Of a DNA stretch of 64,000 nt, positions 42,053 to 53,610 are shown one piece after another. The number at the start of each line of letters is the position of its first letter. Positions within the stretch are counted from its first letter, which is position 1. A program made the position numbers and the translations under genes. Below the pieces are notes generated by a model. That model had not been told where the DNA came from. It saw only the letters and a list, made by a program, of their open reading frames with translations, and ran no database searches. The stretch is from an uncultured Methylomirabilota bacterium (GTDB lineage: Bacteria; Methylomirabilota; Methylomirabilia; Methylomirabilales; 2-02-FULL-66-22), in the NCBI GenBank assembly GCA_963705305.1, contig OY970067.1:544001-608000 (forward strand). Direction: 5' to 3'.

Positions 42053-42117
42053 TTGCAATGATTGCGAAACCAGATTAGATTTCATCCCTGTTAGCACTCT
42101 CTTGTAGTGAGTGCTAG
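42053..42117 (+). promoter_or_regulatory. groESL promoter and CIRCE (HrcA operator)
   Basis: TTGCAA-17-TAGATT, then TTAGCACTC-N9-GAGTGCTAG (42091-42117). Confidence 0.9.
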
Positions 42118-42294
42118 TGCGTGGATGAGGATAGGAAAAGGCGAGCATTTACTGCAAGCATACCTAGACTCAATTTCCAAAATCAATCGAAAAGAGGCGA
42201 GCTCATGCGCGCTGCCCCGAGGCAACGCGCGCCGGGACTCGCCTCGCGGAGCGCACCCGGCAGCACCACCCATTATCGAAAGGAGTGACAGTCC

Positions 42295-42585
42295 ATGAAG
42301 AAGATCAAGCCACTGCAGGACCGGCTCCTGGTAAAGCGCCTGGAGGAGAAAGAGGTCAAGAAGGGCGGGATCATCATCCCGGACACCGCCAAGGAGAAGC
42401 CGCAGGAGGGTGAGGTCATCGCCGTGGGCCCCGGGAAGGTCACCGATGACGGGAAGCTCCAGCCCATGTCGGTGAAGGTCGGAGACAAGATCCTGTTCGG
42501 AAAGTACTCGGGCAGCGAGGTCAAGCTGGACAACGAGGAGTACCTCATCATGCGGGAGGAGGACGTCCTCGGCATCCTGCAGTAA
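42295..42585 (+). CDS. groES: Co-chaperonin GroES
   Basis: [24 protein letters not shown]. Confidence 0.98.
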   Translation: MKKIKPLQDRLLVKRLEEKEVKKGGIIIPDTAKEKPQEGEVIAVGPGKVTDDGKLQPMSVKVGDKILFGKYSGSEVKLDNEEYLIMREEDVLGILQ

Positions 42586-42646
42586 GCGAGAACTGGACAC
42601 GTTCCATTCCGATCTGACGACACGCTTCACGCAATTACACGGGTAA

Positions 42647-44284
<1,638 letters not shown>

Positions 44285-44355
44285 ACCGACCGCACGACGC
44301 AGTCGGGAACGGGGCCGCACGACGTGATGAACCACCCGCGGTCCCGTGGGAATAC

Positions 44356-44394
44356 AGGCCCCGGGCGGCGATCCCGCCCGGGGCCTTTGCCTTT
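44356..44394 (+). terminator. Terminator after groEL
   Basis: AGGCCCCGGGCGG-CGATC-CCGCCCGGGGCCT-TTGCCTTT. Confidence 0.8.
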
Positions 44395-44490
44395 GTGGCG
44401 GGGCTCGCCTGCTTCGGGTGGCGGGGCGCGGCAAGGGCCCGTTGACCCGCCAAAAGCGGGGTGATAGATTGCCGCCCTGGAGGCCGGCGC

Positions 44491-44751
44491 ATGAGCGCTC
44501 GCGGGCGGATTCCACTTCGGGTTGAGGGCTACTCGGGATATCGGGCGGACGAGCGGCCCGTCGCGTTCCACCTGGGGGAACGGCGCATTCTCGTGCGCCA
44601 GCTCGTGGACCGCTGGTTCGGGGAGGATCACAATTACTTCAAGCTGGTCGGCGACGATGGCATCCTGTACATTCTGCGTCATGATGGGAGAACCGACACA
44701 TGGGAGCTGAGTCTCATGGAAGTCCCCACGCCGCCCCGGACAGCGGGGTGA
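44491..44751 (+). CDS. Small conserved hypothetical protein
   Basis: GGAGG RBS; YSGYRADERPVAF...DRWFGEDHNYFKL...YILRHD...WEL pattern. Confidence 0.75.
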   Translation: MSARGRIPLRVEGYSGYRADERPVAFHLGERRILVRQLVDRWFGEDHNYFKLVGDDGILYILRHDGRTDTWELSLMEVPTPPRTAG

Positions 44752-45473
44752 CGGCAGGGCGGCCCTTTCGCCTGTTCCCCGCCGAGGACCTCTTGATCGC
44801 CCAGGCGCTCTCGGGCTTTGTTCTCATCATCGGCTGGGCGCTCATGTACGAGATCTACCATGAGGACGGCTCGTATTACACCAGCCTGCTGCAGGAGATC
44901 CTGGCCACCGAGGGGCTGTTTCCGTCTTTCCTCCTCCTGGCGATCCTGATGGCGTTTCCCGTCGGTTTGATCGTGGACTCCGTGCGTGAGGTGGTGGGCG
45001 AGGGATGGCTCGGGCTGCCGCGCACCCGGCCGGACGGCCGGCATCCGGCAGCCGCCCTCCCGGGACTCCCGACGACGGGTCCGGCCTCTCCCGATTTTTG
45101 GGCCCGGTATGCCGTGTACCGGCACGCCTGGGCCGCCGTGCTCGCGCCCGCCCGGGCGGCCGGCAACTTGGCCCTGGTCCTCCTGCTCCTCGCGACCTGG
45201 TTTGTGGTCAAGATGATCACCATTCAGGGGTGGGATCTCTTCCCCCCCGCCTTTCTCGTCGGCGCGCCACTGACGGCGCTGGCGCTGGCCGGCATACTTC
45301 TGACGCGCTACCTGCGGGGAGCGCGCAGTTTCTCCGTGTTCGCACACGACTCCCTGTTTTCCCCCACTGCGTGCGGTCCCAACGGGTCGCCCGAGCCCAT
45401 CGGCTCCTCCGAACCGGGCCCTGCGGCGGACGCGCCCGCTTCTCCCCTTGACACGGATCGGGGGCAGCCGTAG
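44748..45473 (+). CDS. Hypothetical membrane protein (about 4 TM)
   Basis: GTG overlaps previous stop; four hydrophobic segments. Confidence 0.65.
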   Translation: MTAGRPFRLFPAEDLLIAQALSGFVLIIGWALMYEIYHEDGSYYTSLLQEILATEGLFPSFLLLAILMAFPVGLIVDSVREVVGEGWLGLPRTRPDGRHPAAALPGLPTTGPASPDFWARYAVYRHAWAAVLAPARAAGNLALVLLLLATWFVVKMITIQGWDLFPPAFLVGAPLTALALAGILLTRYLRGARSFSVFAHDSLFSPTACGPNGSPEPIGSSEPGPAADAPASPLDTDRGQP

Positions 45474-45476
45474 CAT
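45448..45476 (+). promoter_or_regulatory. Promoter of trkA-trkA-APC operon
   Basis: TTGACA, 17 nt, TAGCAT. Confidence 0.6.
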
Positions 45477-45574
45477 TCTCCGCCGGTCAAACGGACCGAG
45501 GCGCGCCGCTTCGAGTCCTAGGGGCCTGGCGCTGGAGGCCCCGCATTCTATGTGATGGGGAAGGAGGTTCCGGC

Positions 45575-46222
45575 ATGCGGGTTGTGATCGTAGGCTGCGG
45601 CCGGGTGGGATCGAACCTTGCGAACGCGCTCTCCGCAGAGCGGCACGACGTGGTGGTGATCGACCGCGACCCGCGCGCGTTTGCCCGGCTGTCGCGGGAC
45701 TTTAGCGGCCGGATGCTGACCGGAATCGGCTTCGACCGGAGCATCCTTCAGAAGGGGGATCTCGAGGGGGCCGAGGCGCTGGCGGCAACCACCGACAGTG
45801 ATAACGTGAACATCGTGGTGGCCGTAACCGCCAAGGAAACCTTCAAGGTTCCGCACGTGGTCGCGCGCATCTACGACCCGCAGGCGGCGGAGATCTATCG
45901 GCGGGAAGGCATTCCAACCGTGAGTCTGACCGTGCAGGCCGCGAACATCATGAAGAGCATGATCGTGCAGCCGCACTTCATCACCCAGGCCGCGTTCGGG
46001 AGCGGCGAGGTCGAGTTGCTCCAGGTGGAGATCCCCAAGTCCATGGCCGGGCGGACGGTCCAGGACTTCATCGTCCCGGCCCATTCCCAGGCGAGCGTGC
46101 TGGTCCGGAAGGGCCAGGCGATGATCCCCGCCCCCGATACCCGCCTGGAGCCCGAGGACATCCTTCACCTCGTGGCCACGGTGACGGCGATCGACAAACT
46201 GCAGAAGCTCTTCGCCCACTGA
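45575..46222 (+). CDS. trkA: TrkA-family RCK protein (CeoB-like)
   Basis: IVGCGRVG, TDSDNVN, VVARIYDP, RCK_C tail. Confidence 0.9.
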   Translation: MRVVIVGCGRVGSNLANALSAERHDVVVIDRDPRAFARLSRDFSGRMLTGIGFDRSILQKGDLEGAEALAATTDSDNVNIVVAVTAKETFKVPHVVARIYDPQAAEIYRREGIPTVSLTVQAANIMKSMIVQPHFITQAAFGSGEVELLQVEIPKSMAGRTVQDFIVPAHSQASVLVRKGQAMIPAPDTRLEPEDILHLVATVTAIDKLQKLFAH

Positions 46223-46238
46223 GGAGAAGGAGTACCAT

Positions 46239-46904
46239 ATGCTGGCGGTGATCGTCGGTGGCGGACGGGGCGGCTCGTACCTGGCTCGCGACCTTCAGGC
46301 CCAGGGGTATCGGGTCACGGTGGTGGACAGCCGGACCGAGGTGGTGGCCAAGCTGCGCCAGGAGATCGAGGGCGATGTGATCTGCGGTGACGGCTGCAGC
46401 CCGCAGGTCCTGGAGCAGGTCGGGACGGCGAAGGCAAATCTGGTGGTCGCCCTGACCCATAATGACGAGGATAATCTCGTGGTCTGCCGCCTGGCCAAGC
46501 ACCATTTCCGGGTCCCCCGGGTCATCGCCCGCGTCAACAATCCCAGCAATGAATGGTTGTATACGAAGGACTGGGGAGTGGACGTGGCCATTAGCCAGGT
46601 CCACCTGACCGCCAAGGTCATCGAGGAGCAAATCGGCCTGGGCGAACTGGTCACGCTTCTGAAGTTGAATCGGGGAGAGGCCGCCCTGGTTGAGCTGTTC
46701 CTGCCCGAGGACTCTCCCTGCCGGGGGAAGGCCATCCGCGAGCTCAACCTGCCTCCCCAGACCGTCATTGTCAGCGTCATCCGCGGGGGCAAACTGGTCA
46801 TCCCGCGCGGCGACACCCGACTCGAATCCGGGGATGAGATCCTGGCGGTGAGCACCGTGGCCGCCGAACAGCCCCTGAAGGCCATCCTGGTCGGACCTGC
46901 CTGA
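46239..46904 (+). CDS. trkA: TrkA-family RCK protein (CeoC-like)
   Basis: IVGGGRGG, DEDNLVVC, IARVNNP, GVDVAIS, IPRGDT. Confidence 0.9.
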   Translation: MLAVIVGGGRGGSYLARDLQAQGYRVTVVDSRTEVVAKLRQEIEGDVICGDGCSPQVLEQVGTAKANLVVALTHNDEDNLVVCRLAKHHFRVPRVIARVNNPSNEWLYTKDWGVDVAISQVHLTAKVIEEQIGLGELVTLLKLNRGEAALVELFLPEDSPCRGKAIRELNLPPQTVIVSVIRGGKLVIPRGDTRLESGDEILAVSTVAAEQPLKAILVGPA

Positions 46905-46915
46905 CAGGGACGCGT

Positions 46916-48727
46916 ATGCCCACAGCGTTGAAGCGGCTCTTCGTCGGCAGTCCGCTGGCGACCGCAGAGTCCCGCCACGAACGGCTGGGGAAGATCGCCG
47001 CGCTGGCGATCTTTGCCTCGGACATGATGTCCTCCGTCGCCTATGCCACGGAGGAGATCCTGCTGATCCTGGTCTTGGGGGGGACGGTCGCCCTCCAGTA
47101 CTCGCCCGAGATTGGCATCAGTATCGGTCTGCTGGCCGCCATGGTGGCCACCTCCTACTGGCAGACGATCCACGCCTATCCCTCCGGGGGCGGGGCCTAC
47201 GTGGTCGCCAACGACAACCTGGGCACCCTGCCCGGGCTCGTGGCCGGCTCCTCCCTTCTCGTGGACTACGTCCTGACCGTGTCGGTGAGCGTGGCGGCGG
47301 GAGTCGCCGCCATCACCTCGGCGTTCCCCGCGCTCTTTCCCCATCGCGTGGCGATGTGCGTGGTTTTCGTGGTCCTGGTCATGACCGCGAACCTGCGGGG
47401 CATCCGGGAGACCGGCCGGCTCTTCACCGTTCCCACCTACTGGTTCATCGGGTGCCTGATCCTTCTCATGGCCGGGGGATTGTATGCCCTGCTCACCCGG
47501 GGCGCCCCGCCGCCCCCGCCGGCCGTGCCGATCCAGGAGCCGTTGACCATCTACCTGCTCTTGCGGGCCTTCTCGTCGGGCTGCGCCGCCCTCACCGGGA
47601 TGGAGGCCGTCGCCAACGGGGTCCAGTTCTTCCGGGCGCCGGAATCCCGCAATGCCGGCATCACCCTGATCTGGATGGCCAGCATTTTGTCCCTGTCCTT
47701 TCTGGGGGTCACCTTCCTGGCCCATGCCTATCATATCGTCCCGCACCCCGAGGAGACGGTAGTGTCCATTCTGACCCGCCAAGTCTTCGGGCGGGGCGGC
47801 ATCTACTTCATGATCCAGGCGGCCACCGCGGTGATCCTCCTCCTGGCGGTCAACACCAGCTTCGCCGGGTTTCCCATGCTGGCCTCCATCATGGCCAAGG
47901 ATCGATTCCTCCCGCGGCAGTTCGCCAATCTGGGCGACCGGCTGGTCTTCAGCAACGGGATCATCATTCTCGCCTGCATCTCCACCGTCCTGCTGGTCGT
48001 GTTTCGCGGCAGCGTCGACGCCCTGATTCCCCTCTACGCCATCGGCGTGTTCACGGCCTTCACCTTGTCCCAAGCCGGCATGGTCAAGCACTGGCGAAAA
48101 GAGCAGGGCCCGCGCTGGCGGTCTCACGCCGTCGTCAACGCCGTGGGTGCCGTCCTGACGGGGGTCGTCGTCGTTGTCATCGGGGCGACCAAGTTCGTGC
48201 ACGGAGCCTGGATCGTCATCATCGTCATCCCGCTTCTGGTTCTCACGTTCCTGAGCATCCGCCGCCACTACGACTCTCTCGGGCGCCAGCTCACCCTGCA
48301 GGGATTTTCACCGCCCAAGCTGGGCCGCCATCCGGTGGTGGTCCTGGTGGGCGGGATTCACCGGGGAGTGGTCACGGCCCTGACCTACGCCAAGGCCATC
48401 TCGCCCAATGTCACCGCCATCACCGTCGACCTGGATCCCACCGCAACCGCCAAGCTCCAGCGGCATTGGGACGAGTGGGCTCCGGGCGTCCCGCTGGTCG
48501 TGCTGGACTCCCCCTACCGATCCATCCTGCAGCCGGTCCTGCACTACATCGATCAGATGGAAAAGCAGCGGGACGGGGACTACATGACCATCATCTTGCC
48601 GGAGTTCATTCCGGCCAAGTGGTGGCAGCACCTTCTGCACAATCAGACGGCCCTCCTGATCAAGGCCGCCCTGCTCTTCCGGCGAGGGAAGGTGGCGATC
48701 AGCATCCCGTATCATCTCGACCAGTAG
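46916..48727 (+). CDS. APC-family KimA-like K+/H+ transporter, copy 1
   Basis: ASDMMSSVAYATEE, YPSGGGAY, DYVLTV, TGMEA, FSNGI, SPYRS, LHNQTAL. Confidence 0.88.
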   Translation: MPTALKRLFVGSPLATAESRHERLGKIAALAIFASDMMSSVAYATEEILLILVLGGTVALQYSPEIGISIGLLAAMVATSYWQTIHAYPSGGGAYVVANDNLGTLPGLVAGSSLLVDYVLTVSVSVAAGVAAITSAFPALFPHRVAMCVVFVVLVMTANLRGIRETGRLFTVPTYWFIGCLILLMAGGLYALLTRGAPPPPPAVPIQEPLTIYLLLRAFSSGCAALTGMEAVANGVQFFRAPESRNAGITLIWMASILSLSFLGVTFLAHAYHIVPHPEETVVSILTRQVFGRGGIYFMIQAATAVILLLAVNTSFAGFPMLASIMAKDRFLPRQFANLGDRLVFSNGIIILACISTVLLVVFRGSVDALIPLYAIGVFTAFTLSQAGMVKHWRKEQGPRWRSHAVVNAVGAVLTGVVVVVIGATKFVHGAWIVIIVIPLLVLTFLSIRRHYDSLGRQLTLQGFSPPKLGRHPVVVLVGGIHRGVVTALTYAKAISPNVTAITVDLDPTATAKLQRHWDEWAPGVPLVVLDSPYRSILQPVLHYIDQMEKQRDGDYMTIILPEFIPAKWWQHLLHNQTALLIKAALLFRRGKVAISIPYHLDQ

Positions 48728-48740
48728 CCGGGCCGCTCCC

Positions 48741-48769
48741 TTGACACCCTCCAGGAGCTAGCATAGCAT
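48741..48769 (+). promoter_or_regulatory. Promoter of APC copy 2
   Basis: TTGACA, 17 nt, TAGCAT. Confidence 0.6.
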
Positions 48770-48817
48770 TCGCCCCGAACTGGGGGGCACCTGGGCGGTC
48801 CGCTCGGTGGAGGCTGC

Positions 48818-50638
48818 ATGGCAAGTTCCCTGAAGCGCATGATCCTCGGCCGGCCCTTGACCACGCTGGCAGAGCGGCACGAGCGGCTGGGTAAGATCGC
48901 CGGTCTGGCGGTCTTCTCGTCCGACGCCCTCTCGTCGGTCGCCTACGGAACGGAGGAGATCCTCTGGATTCTGGTGACTGCCGGAACGGCGGCGCTGACC
49001 CTCGGCCTGCCCATCATGATCGGGATCGTCGCCCTCGTCACCATCGTGGCCAGCTCTTACTGGCAGACGATTCACGCCTACCCGTCCGGCGGGGGCGCGT
49101 ACATCGTCGCCAAGGACAACCTGGGCACCCTTCCCGGCCTCATCGCGGGGGCGGCGCTCTTGATCGACTACGTCCTGACCGTGGCCGTGAGCACCGCGGC
49201 GGGCGTGGCCGCCATCACGTCGGCCTTCCCTCCGCTGTATCCCTGGCGGGTGGCCTTCTGCGTCCTCAGCGTCATCGCCGTGACCATCGCCAACCTGCGG
49301 GGGGTGCGGGAATCGGGGCGCCTTTTCACCATCCCCACCTACTGGTTCATCGGCAGCATTATCCTGCTCATCCTCGCCGGGCTCTGGCGGGTGGCCAGCG
49401 GGACGGTCCACCCGCTCCCGGCCGAGAACGTCACGCCGACGCATGCGCTCACCGTTTTCCTGATCCTCCGGGCCTTCGCCTCGGGGTGCGCCACCCTCAC
49501 CGGCATCGAGGCCGTGAGCAACGGCATCCCCGCCTTCCGGCCCCCGGAGCCCCGCAATGCCAGCGTCACGCTGGCGTGGATGGCCTCGATCCTCGGCGGC
49601 ACCTCGCTTGGCGTCGCCTTCCTCGCCCACGTCTACAAGGTGATCCCGCACGAGACGCAAACCATCGTGTCCATGCTGGCGCACGGCGTGTTTGGGGACG
49701 GGCTGCTCTATTACAACATCCAGGTCGCCACGGCCCTCATCCTGTTTCTGGCGGTGAACACGTCCTATCAGGACTTCCCGCGCCTGTCCTCCATCCTAGC
49801 GCGCGACGGCTTTATGCCGCGCCAGATGGCCAATCGGGGGGACCGGCTGGTCTTCAGCAACGGCATTCTGATCCTCGCGATCCTCTCCATCGTTCTCCTG
49901 GTGATGTTTCAGGGCAGCGTCAACGAGCTCATCCCCCTGTACGCCGTCGGAGTCTTCCTCTCTTTCACCCTGTCCCAAAGCGGGATGGTCCGCCACTGGC
50001 TGAAGCTCCAGGACGAGCATCCGGCGCCCCACCACATTGCCCTGAACGGACTGGGAGCCCTGTGCACGGGTGTGGTCACGGTGGTCATTGCCGCCACGAA
50101 ATTCACCCACGGGGCCTGGATGGTCATCGTCCTGATCCCCCTCATCGTCTTGGGCTTCCTGCGGGTGCACCGGCACTACCAGTTCGTCGCTTCCCAGCTC
50201 TCGTTGGAGGGAGCCCGCCGTCCGCGGATCGGTAAGAATCCCGTGGTGATCTTGGTGGGGGGCATCCACCGTGGGGTGGTGGAGGCGTTGGAGTACGCCA
50301 AGGCCATTTCACCCGACGTCACCGCGCTCACGGTGGATCTGGACACGACCCAGACCGCTAAGCTACGGCGGCGCTGGGCCGAATGGGCGCCCGACGTCCC
50401 GCTGGTGGTGCTGGAGTCTCCGTACCGCTCCGTCCTGCAGCCCGTCCTAGACTACATCGATCGCATGGAGCGGCAGGGTGCGGGACGCTACCTGACCATC
50501 GTGCTTCCCGAATTCGTCCCGTCCCACTGGTGGGAGCATTTCCTCCACAATCAGACCGCGCTGCTCATCAAGGCGGCCCTGCTCTTCCGGCACGGCAAGA
50601 TCACCGTCAGCATTCCCTACCATTTGGGAGAGGAGTAG
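48818..50638 (+). CDS. APC-family KimA-like K+/H+ transporter, copy 2
   Basis: SSDALSSVAYGTEE, DYVLTVAVS, TGIEA, SPYRS; tandem paralog of copy 1. Confidence 0.88.
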   Translation: MASSLKRMILGRPLTTLAERHERLGKIAGLAVFSSDALSSVAYGTEEILWILVTAGTAALTLGLPIMIGIVALVTIVASSYWQTIHAYPSGGGAYIVAKDNLGTLPGLIAGAALLIDYVLTVAVSTAAGVAAITSAFPPLYPWRVAFCVLSVIAVTIANLRGVRESGRLFTIPTYWFIGSIILLILAGLWRVASGTVHPLPAENVTPTHALTVFLILRAFASGCATLTGIEAVSNGIPAFRPPEPRNASVTLAWMASILGGTSLGVAFLAHVYKVIPHETQTIVSMLAHGVFGDGLLYYNIQVATALILFLAVNTSYQDFPRLSSILARDGFMPRQMANRGDRLVFSNGILILAILSIVLLVMFQGSVNELIPLYAVGVFLSFTLSQSGMVRHWLKLQDEHPAPHHIALNGLGALCTGVVTVVIAATKFTHGAWMVIVLIPLIVLGFLRVHRHYQFVASQLSLEGARRPRIGKNPVVILVGGIHRGVVEALEYAKAISPDVTALTVDLDTTQTAKLRRRWAEWAPDVPLVVLESPYRSVLQPVLDYIDRMERQGAGRYLTIVLPEFVPSHWWEHFLHNQTALLIKAALLFRHGKITVSIPYHLGEE

Positions 50639-50780
50639 GGTCTGTGCGCCGGTTCGCCATTGGCCGGCTGAAGCCGCTGGCCCGCCGGGGTCCCCTCGCC
50701 AACATGGGGCACCCGCTTCCCTCCGGCGTGCGGCATGCCGCGCCAGCGGACCGGCTGGCGGACGCCCCGGGGGGATCGCC

Positions 50781-52676
50781 GTGAATCTGCGCGCCAAGTT
50801 GATCATCGGCTATCTACTTTTCGTGGCGGCCCTGGTTGCGCTGGGGGCCTGGAGCGCCTGGGGCCTGCTGGAGATGGGCGGGGTCTCCCGGCATATCCTG
50901 GCCAATAACTACGATTCGGTGGTGGCGGCTCAGGGTATGCGGGAAAGCCTCGATCGCCAGTGGTCGGCCATCCTGTTTGTCGCGCTGGGGCACCGCGAGA
51001 CGGCGCTCAACACGCTGGCGAAAGAGCGGAGGCGATTCGACACGTTTTTCCAGACGGCGGCCAACAACATCACGGAGCCGACCGAGCAGGACGTCATCGA
51101 CGCGATCCGCCGTGATCGGGACGCGTTCTCCCGCGGCGTGGACGGCCTGCTCGCTCAGTCACGACCCCTCCCCCGCGGACCCTCGATCCCCGCACACGCG
51201 GCCCGGCCAGACCGCGGAGAGGCGGGAACGGGGGTGCTGGGCCTCGAGGGCCGCTTCCACCAGCTCCAGCAGGACTGCGACAGCCTGATCCAGCTCAACC
51301 AGCAGGCCATGGTGGCGAAGTCCGAGGCGGCGGCCAGCGTCGCCCGCCGGTGGGTGCTGGCGACCCTGGGCATCGCGGGGGCGCTCATCGTCGCCGGGAT
51401 AGGGCTGGCGGTGCTTCTGGCCGACCGGATCGTGCAGCCCATCCGCGAGCTCACCTCGACCATGGCCCGGGTTGCCGGCGGCGACCTGGATGCCCGGGCG
51501 CCGGTTCGTTCGCAAGACGAGGTGGGGACGCTGGCTGCGGGGTTCAACAGCATGGCCGAGCGCATCCGGCAGCTCCGACGATCCGATCTGGGCAAGCTGC
51601 TGGTCGCCCAGCAGACTACCCTAGCGGCGATCGACTCGCTCTACGATCCGGTCATCGTCACGGATGCGGGGGGCGCGGTCACCAAGTTGAACCCCGCCGC
51701 CGAAGAGCTCTTCGGACCGGAGCGCCGGCACCTCGGGAAGCACGTGCGCGAGATCGCTCCCGACAGCCGGATCACCATCGCCGTCGCCGAAACCTTGAGC
51801 TCACAGCAGCCGGTGGCCGGCGAGGGGGCCGCCTCGGTGTTCCCGCTGGTGGTCGACGGTGCGGAGCACGCGTTTCGCCTGCGCACGACCCCGATGCGGG
51901 ACGAGGAGGGAGCGCTGCTGGGAGCGGTGACACTGCTGGAAGATATCACGCATCTTCGCGAGATCGACCGCCTCAAATCCGAATTCATCGCCACCGCCTC
52001 CCACGAGCTCCGCACACCGCTCACCAGCGTCCAGATGAGCGTCCACCTGCTGCTGGAGGGGGCCGCCGGGGCGCTCTCGGACAGCCAGCGGGAGCTGCTG
52101 GCGGACTGCCGCGAGGACTGCGACCGGCTGGAGCGACTCATGCACGACCTGCTGGACCTCTCCAAGATCGAGGCCGGGGAATCGGCGCCGCACCTGTCTC
52201 CCACCCCGGCCGGCAGCCTGATCACCGAGGTGGCGGAGGCCCTCCGGCCCCAGATCGAATCCAAGGGGCTGCGGCTGACCTTCGACGCGGCGGCAGACTT
52301 GCCCTGCGTGGCGGCGGATCGGGGGCAGATCGAGCGGGTCATCACTAACCTGGTCAGCAACGCGCTCCGCCATACCGAGCCGGGAGGCGAGATCCGCATC
52401 AGCGCGATCCGCCGGGAAGATGCCGTCGCCGTTTCGGTGACCGACACCGGTCGCGGGATTCCCCCCGAGTACCTCCCCCGGATCTTCGACAAGTTCATCC
52501 GGGTGCCGAACGCCCCGTCCGGAGGCGCCGGATTGGGCCTGGCCATTTCGAAGCAGATCGTGGAGGCCCACGGCGGCCGGATTGTTGTACAATCAAGCCC
52601 GGGGCACGGGACCACGTTCACCTTCACCCTGCGGGCGATTGAGCCACCCGCCGCCGCGCCCCCGATCCACGGGTGA
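50781..52676 (+). CDS. Sensor histidine kinase (periplasmic four-helix sensor, HAMP, PAS, HisKA, HATPase)
   Basis: NYDSV, SHELRTPL, NLVSNA, DTGRGI, GAGLGL. Confidence 0.92.
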   Translation: MNLRAKLIIGYLLFVAALVALGAWSAWGLLEMGGVSRHILANNYDSVVAAQGMRESLDRQWSAILFVALGHRETALNTLAKERRRFDTFFQTAANNITEPTEQDVIDAIRRDRDAFSRGVDGLLAQSRPLPRGPSIPAHAARPDRGEAGTGVLGLEGRFHQLQQDCDSLIQLNQQAMVAKSEAAASVARRWVLATLGIAGALIVAGIGLAVLLADRIVQPIRELTSTMARVAGGDLDARAPVRSQDEVGTLAAGFNSMAERIRQLRRSDLGKLLVAQQTTLAAIDSLYDPVIVTDAGGAVTKLNPAAEELFGPERRHLGKHVREIAPDSRITIAVAETLSSQQPVAGEGAASVFPLVVDGAEHAFRLRTTPMRDEEGALLGAVTLLEDITHLREIDRLKSEFIATASHELRTPLTSVQMSVHLLLEGAAGALSDSQRELLADCREDCDRLERLMHDLLDLSKIEAGESAPHLSPTPAGSLITEVAEALRPQIESKGLRLTFDAAADLPCVAADRGQIERVITNLVSNALRHTEPGGEIRISAIRREDAVAVSVTDTGRGIPPEYLPRIFDKFIRVPNAPSGGAGLGLAISKQIVEAHGGRIVVQSSPGHGTTFTFTLRAIEPPAAAPPIHG

Positions 52677-52686
52677 GAGGAGCAGC

Positions 52687-53436
52687 ATGAGCGCGCGCAT
52701 ACTGATCGTCGACGATGAAGCGCATATCCGGCGCGTCATGCGCATGACCCTTGAGGCCTCCGGCTACGAGGTGGGGGAGGCGGCCGACGGCCTGCGCGGC
52801 CTGGAGGCCTTCGGCGACGGCTCCACCTGGGACGCGGTGCTGCTGGATCAGCGGATGCCCGGCATCGACGGCCTGGAGACGCTCCGGCGCATGAAGGGTC
52901 GGAAGGCGGATGCCTGCATCATCATGGTCACCGCCTACGGCTCCATCGAGCTCGCCGTGGACGCGATGAAGCTCGGCGCGACCGACTTCGTGCGCAAGCC
53001 GATGACGCCGGAGACCGTCCGCAACGCCGTCAGCGTGGCCCTGGCTCGCCCGACGGCCCCCGCACAGGCCCCCGAGCAGGCCCCCATGGTGGTGAGCCGA
53101 CTGACCTTGAACGGGTTCCGCCTGTGGCCGATCTCGGAGCCGCCGGGTCTCCGGTCGTCCGGGAGCAGTGTCCGGCGCTTCACCGTCCGGCAGCCGGACG
53201 GGCAGGAGCAGGAGGTCATCGTGGAGATCGACCCCGGCGCGATCCGGGCGGTCGAGCACGCCACCCACCGCCAGTTCCCCTCCGACAGCAGCTTCTGGAC
53301 CTGGGAGGCGGAACGCGCCCTCAACGATTTTCTCTGGATCGAGGGCCGGGTCCCTCCCGGCGGGAGACTAACGATCCATCAGGTTAGTCGGAATCACCTG
53401 CAGGTCGCCGCGGCGTGGGACAGCGAGGGCGATTGA
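52687..53436 (+). CDS. Response regulator with unrecognised C-terminal domain
   Basis: ILIVDDE, LDQRMPGIDG, TAYG, KP; about 110-aa non-HTH tail. Confidence 0.88.
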   Translation: MSARILIVDDEAHIRRVMRMTLEASGYEVGEAADGLRGLEAFGDGSTWDAVLLDQRMPGIDGLETLRRMKGRKADACIIMVTAYGSIELAVDAMKLGATDFVRKPMTPETVRNAVSVALARPTAPAQAPEQAPMVVSRLTLNGFRLWPISEPPGLRSSGSSVRRFTVRQPDGQEQEVIVEIDPGAIRAVEHATHRQFPSDSSFWTWEAERALNDFLWIEGRVPPGGRLTIHQVSRNHLQVAAAWDSEGD

Positions 53437-53610
53437 CGGCGGCCGCCGAAGCGGGATTTCGGCCGCACCGGCCGGCAATCAAGCCTGGCGGTCTTCCGCC
53501 GGGGGAAGAACGGCAGATTCGGCGCTTCCTGCAACCCGCGCTGCCCGGTCAGGGCTCTTGGCTGGCTGCAGGGCGAGGCGGTATGGCGGCTCGGGCGCAC
53601 GTTATAAATC

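Noticed and set aside
45480..45574. c-di-AMP (ydaO) riboswitch ahead of the trkA/KimA-like genes
   Set aside because: Leader is short, with two small hairpins and none of the conserved ydaO motifs I could recognise
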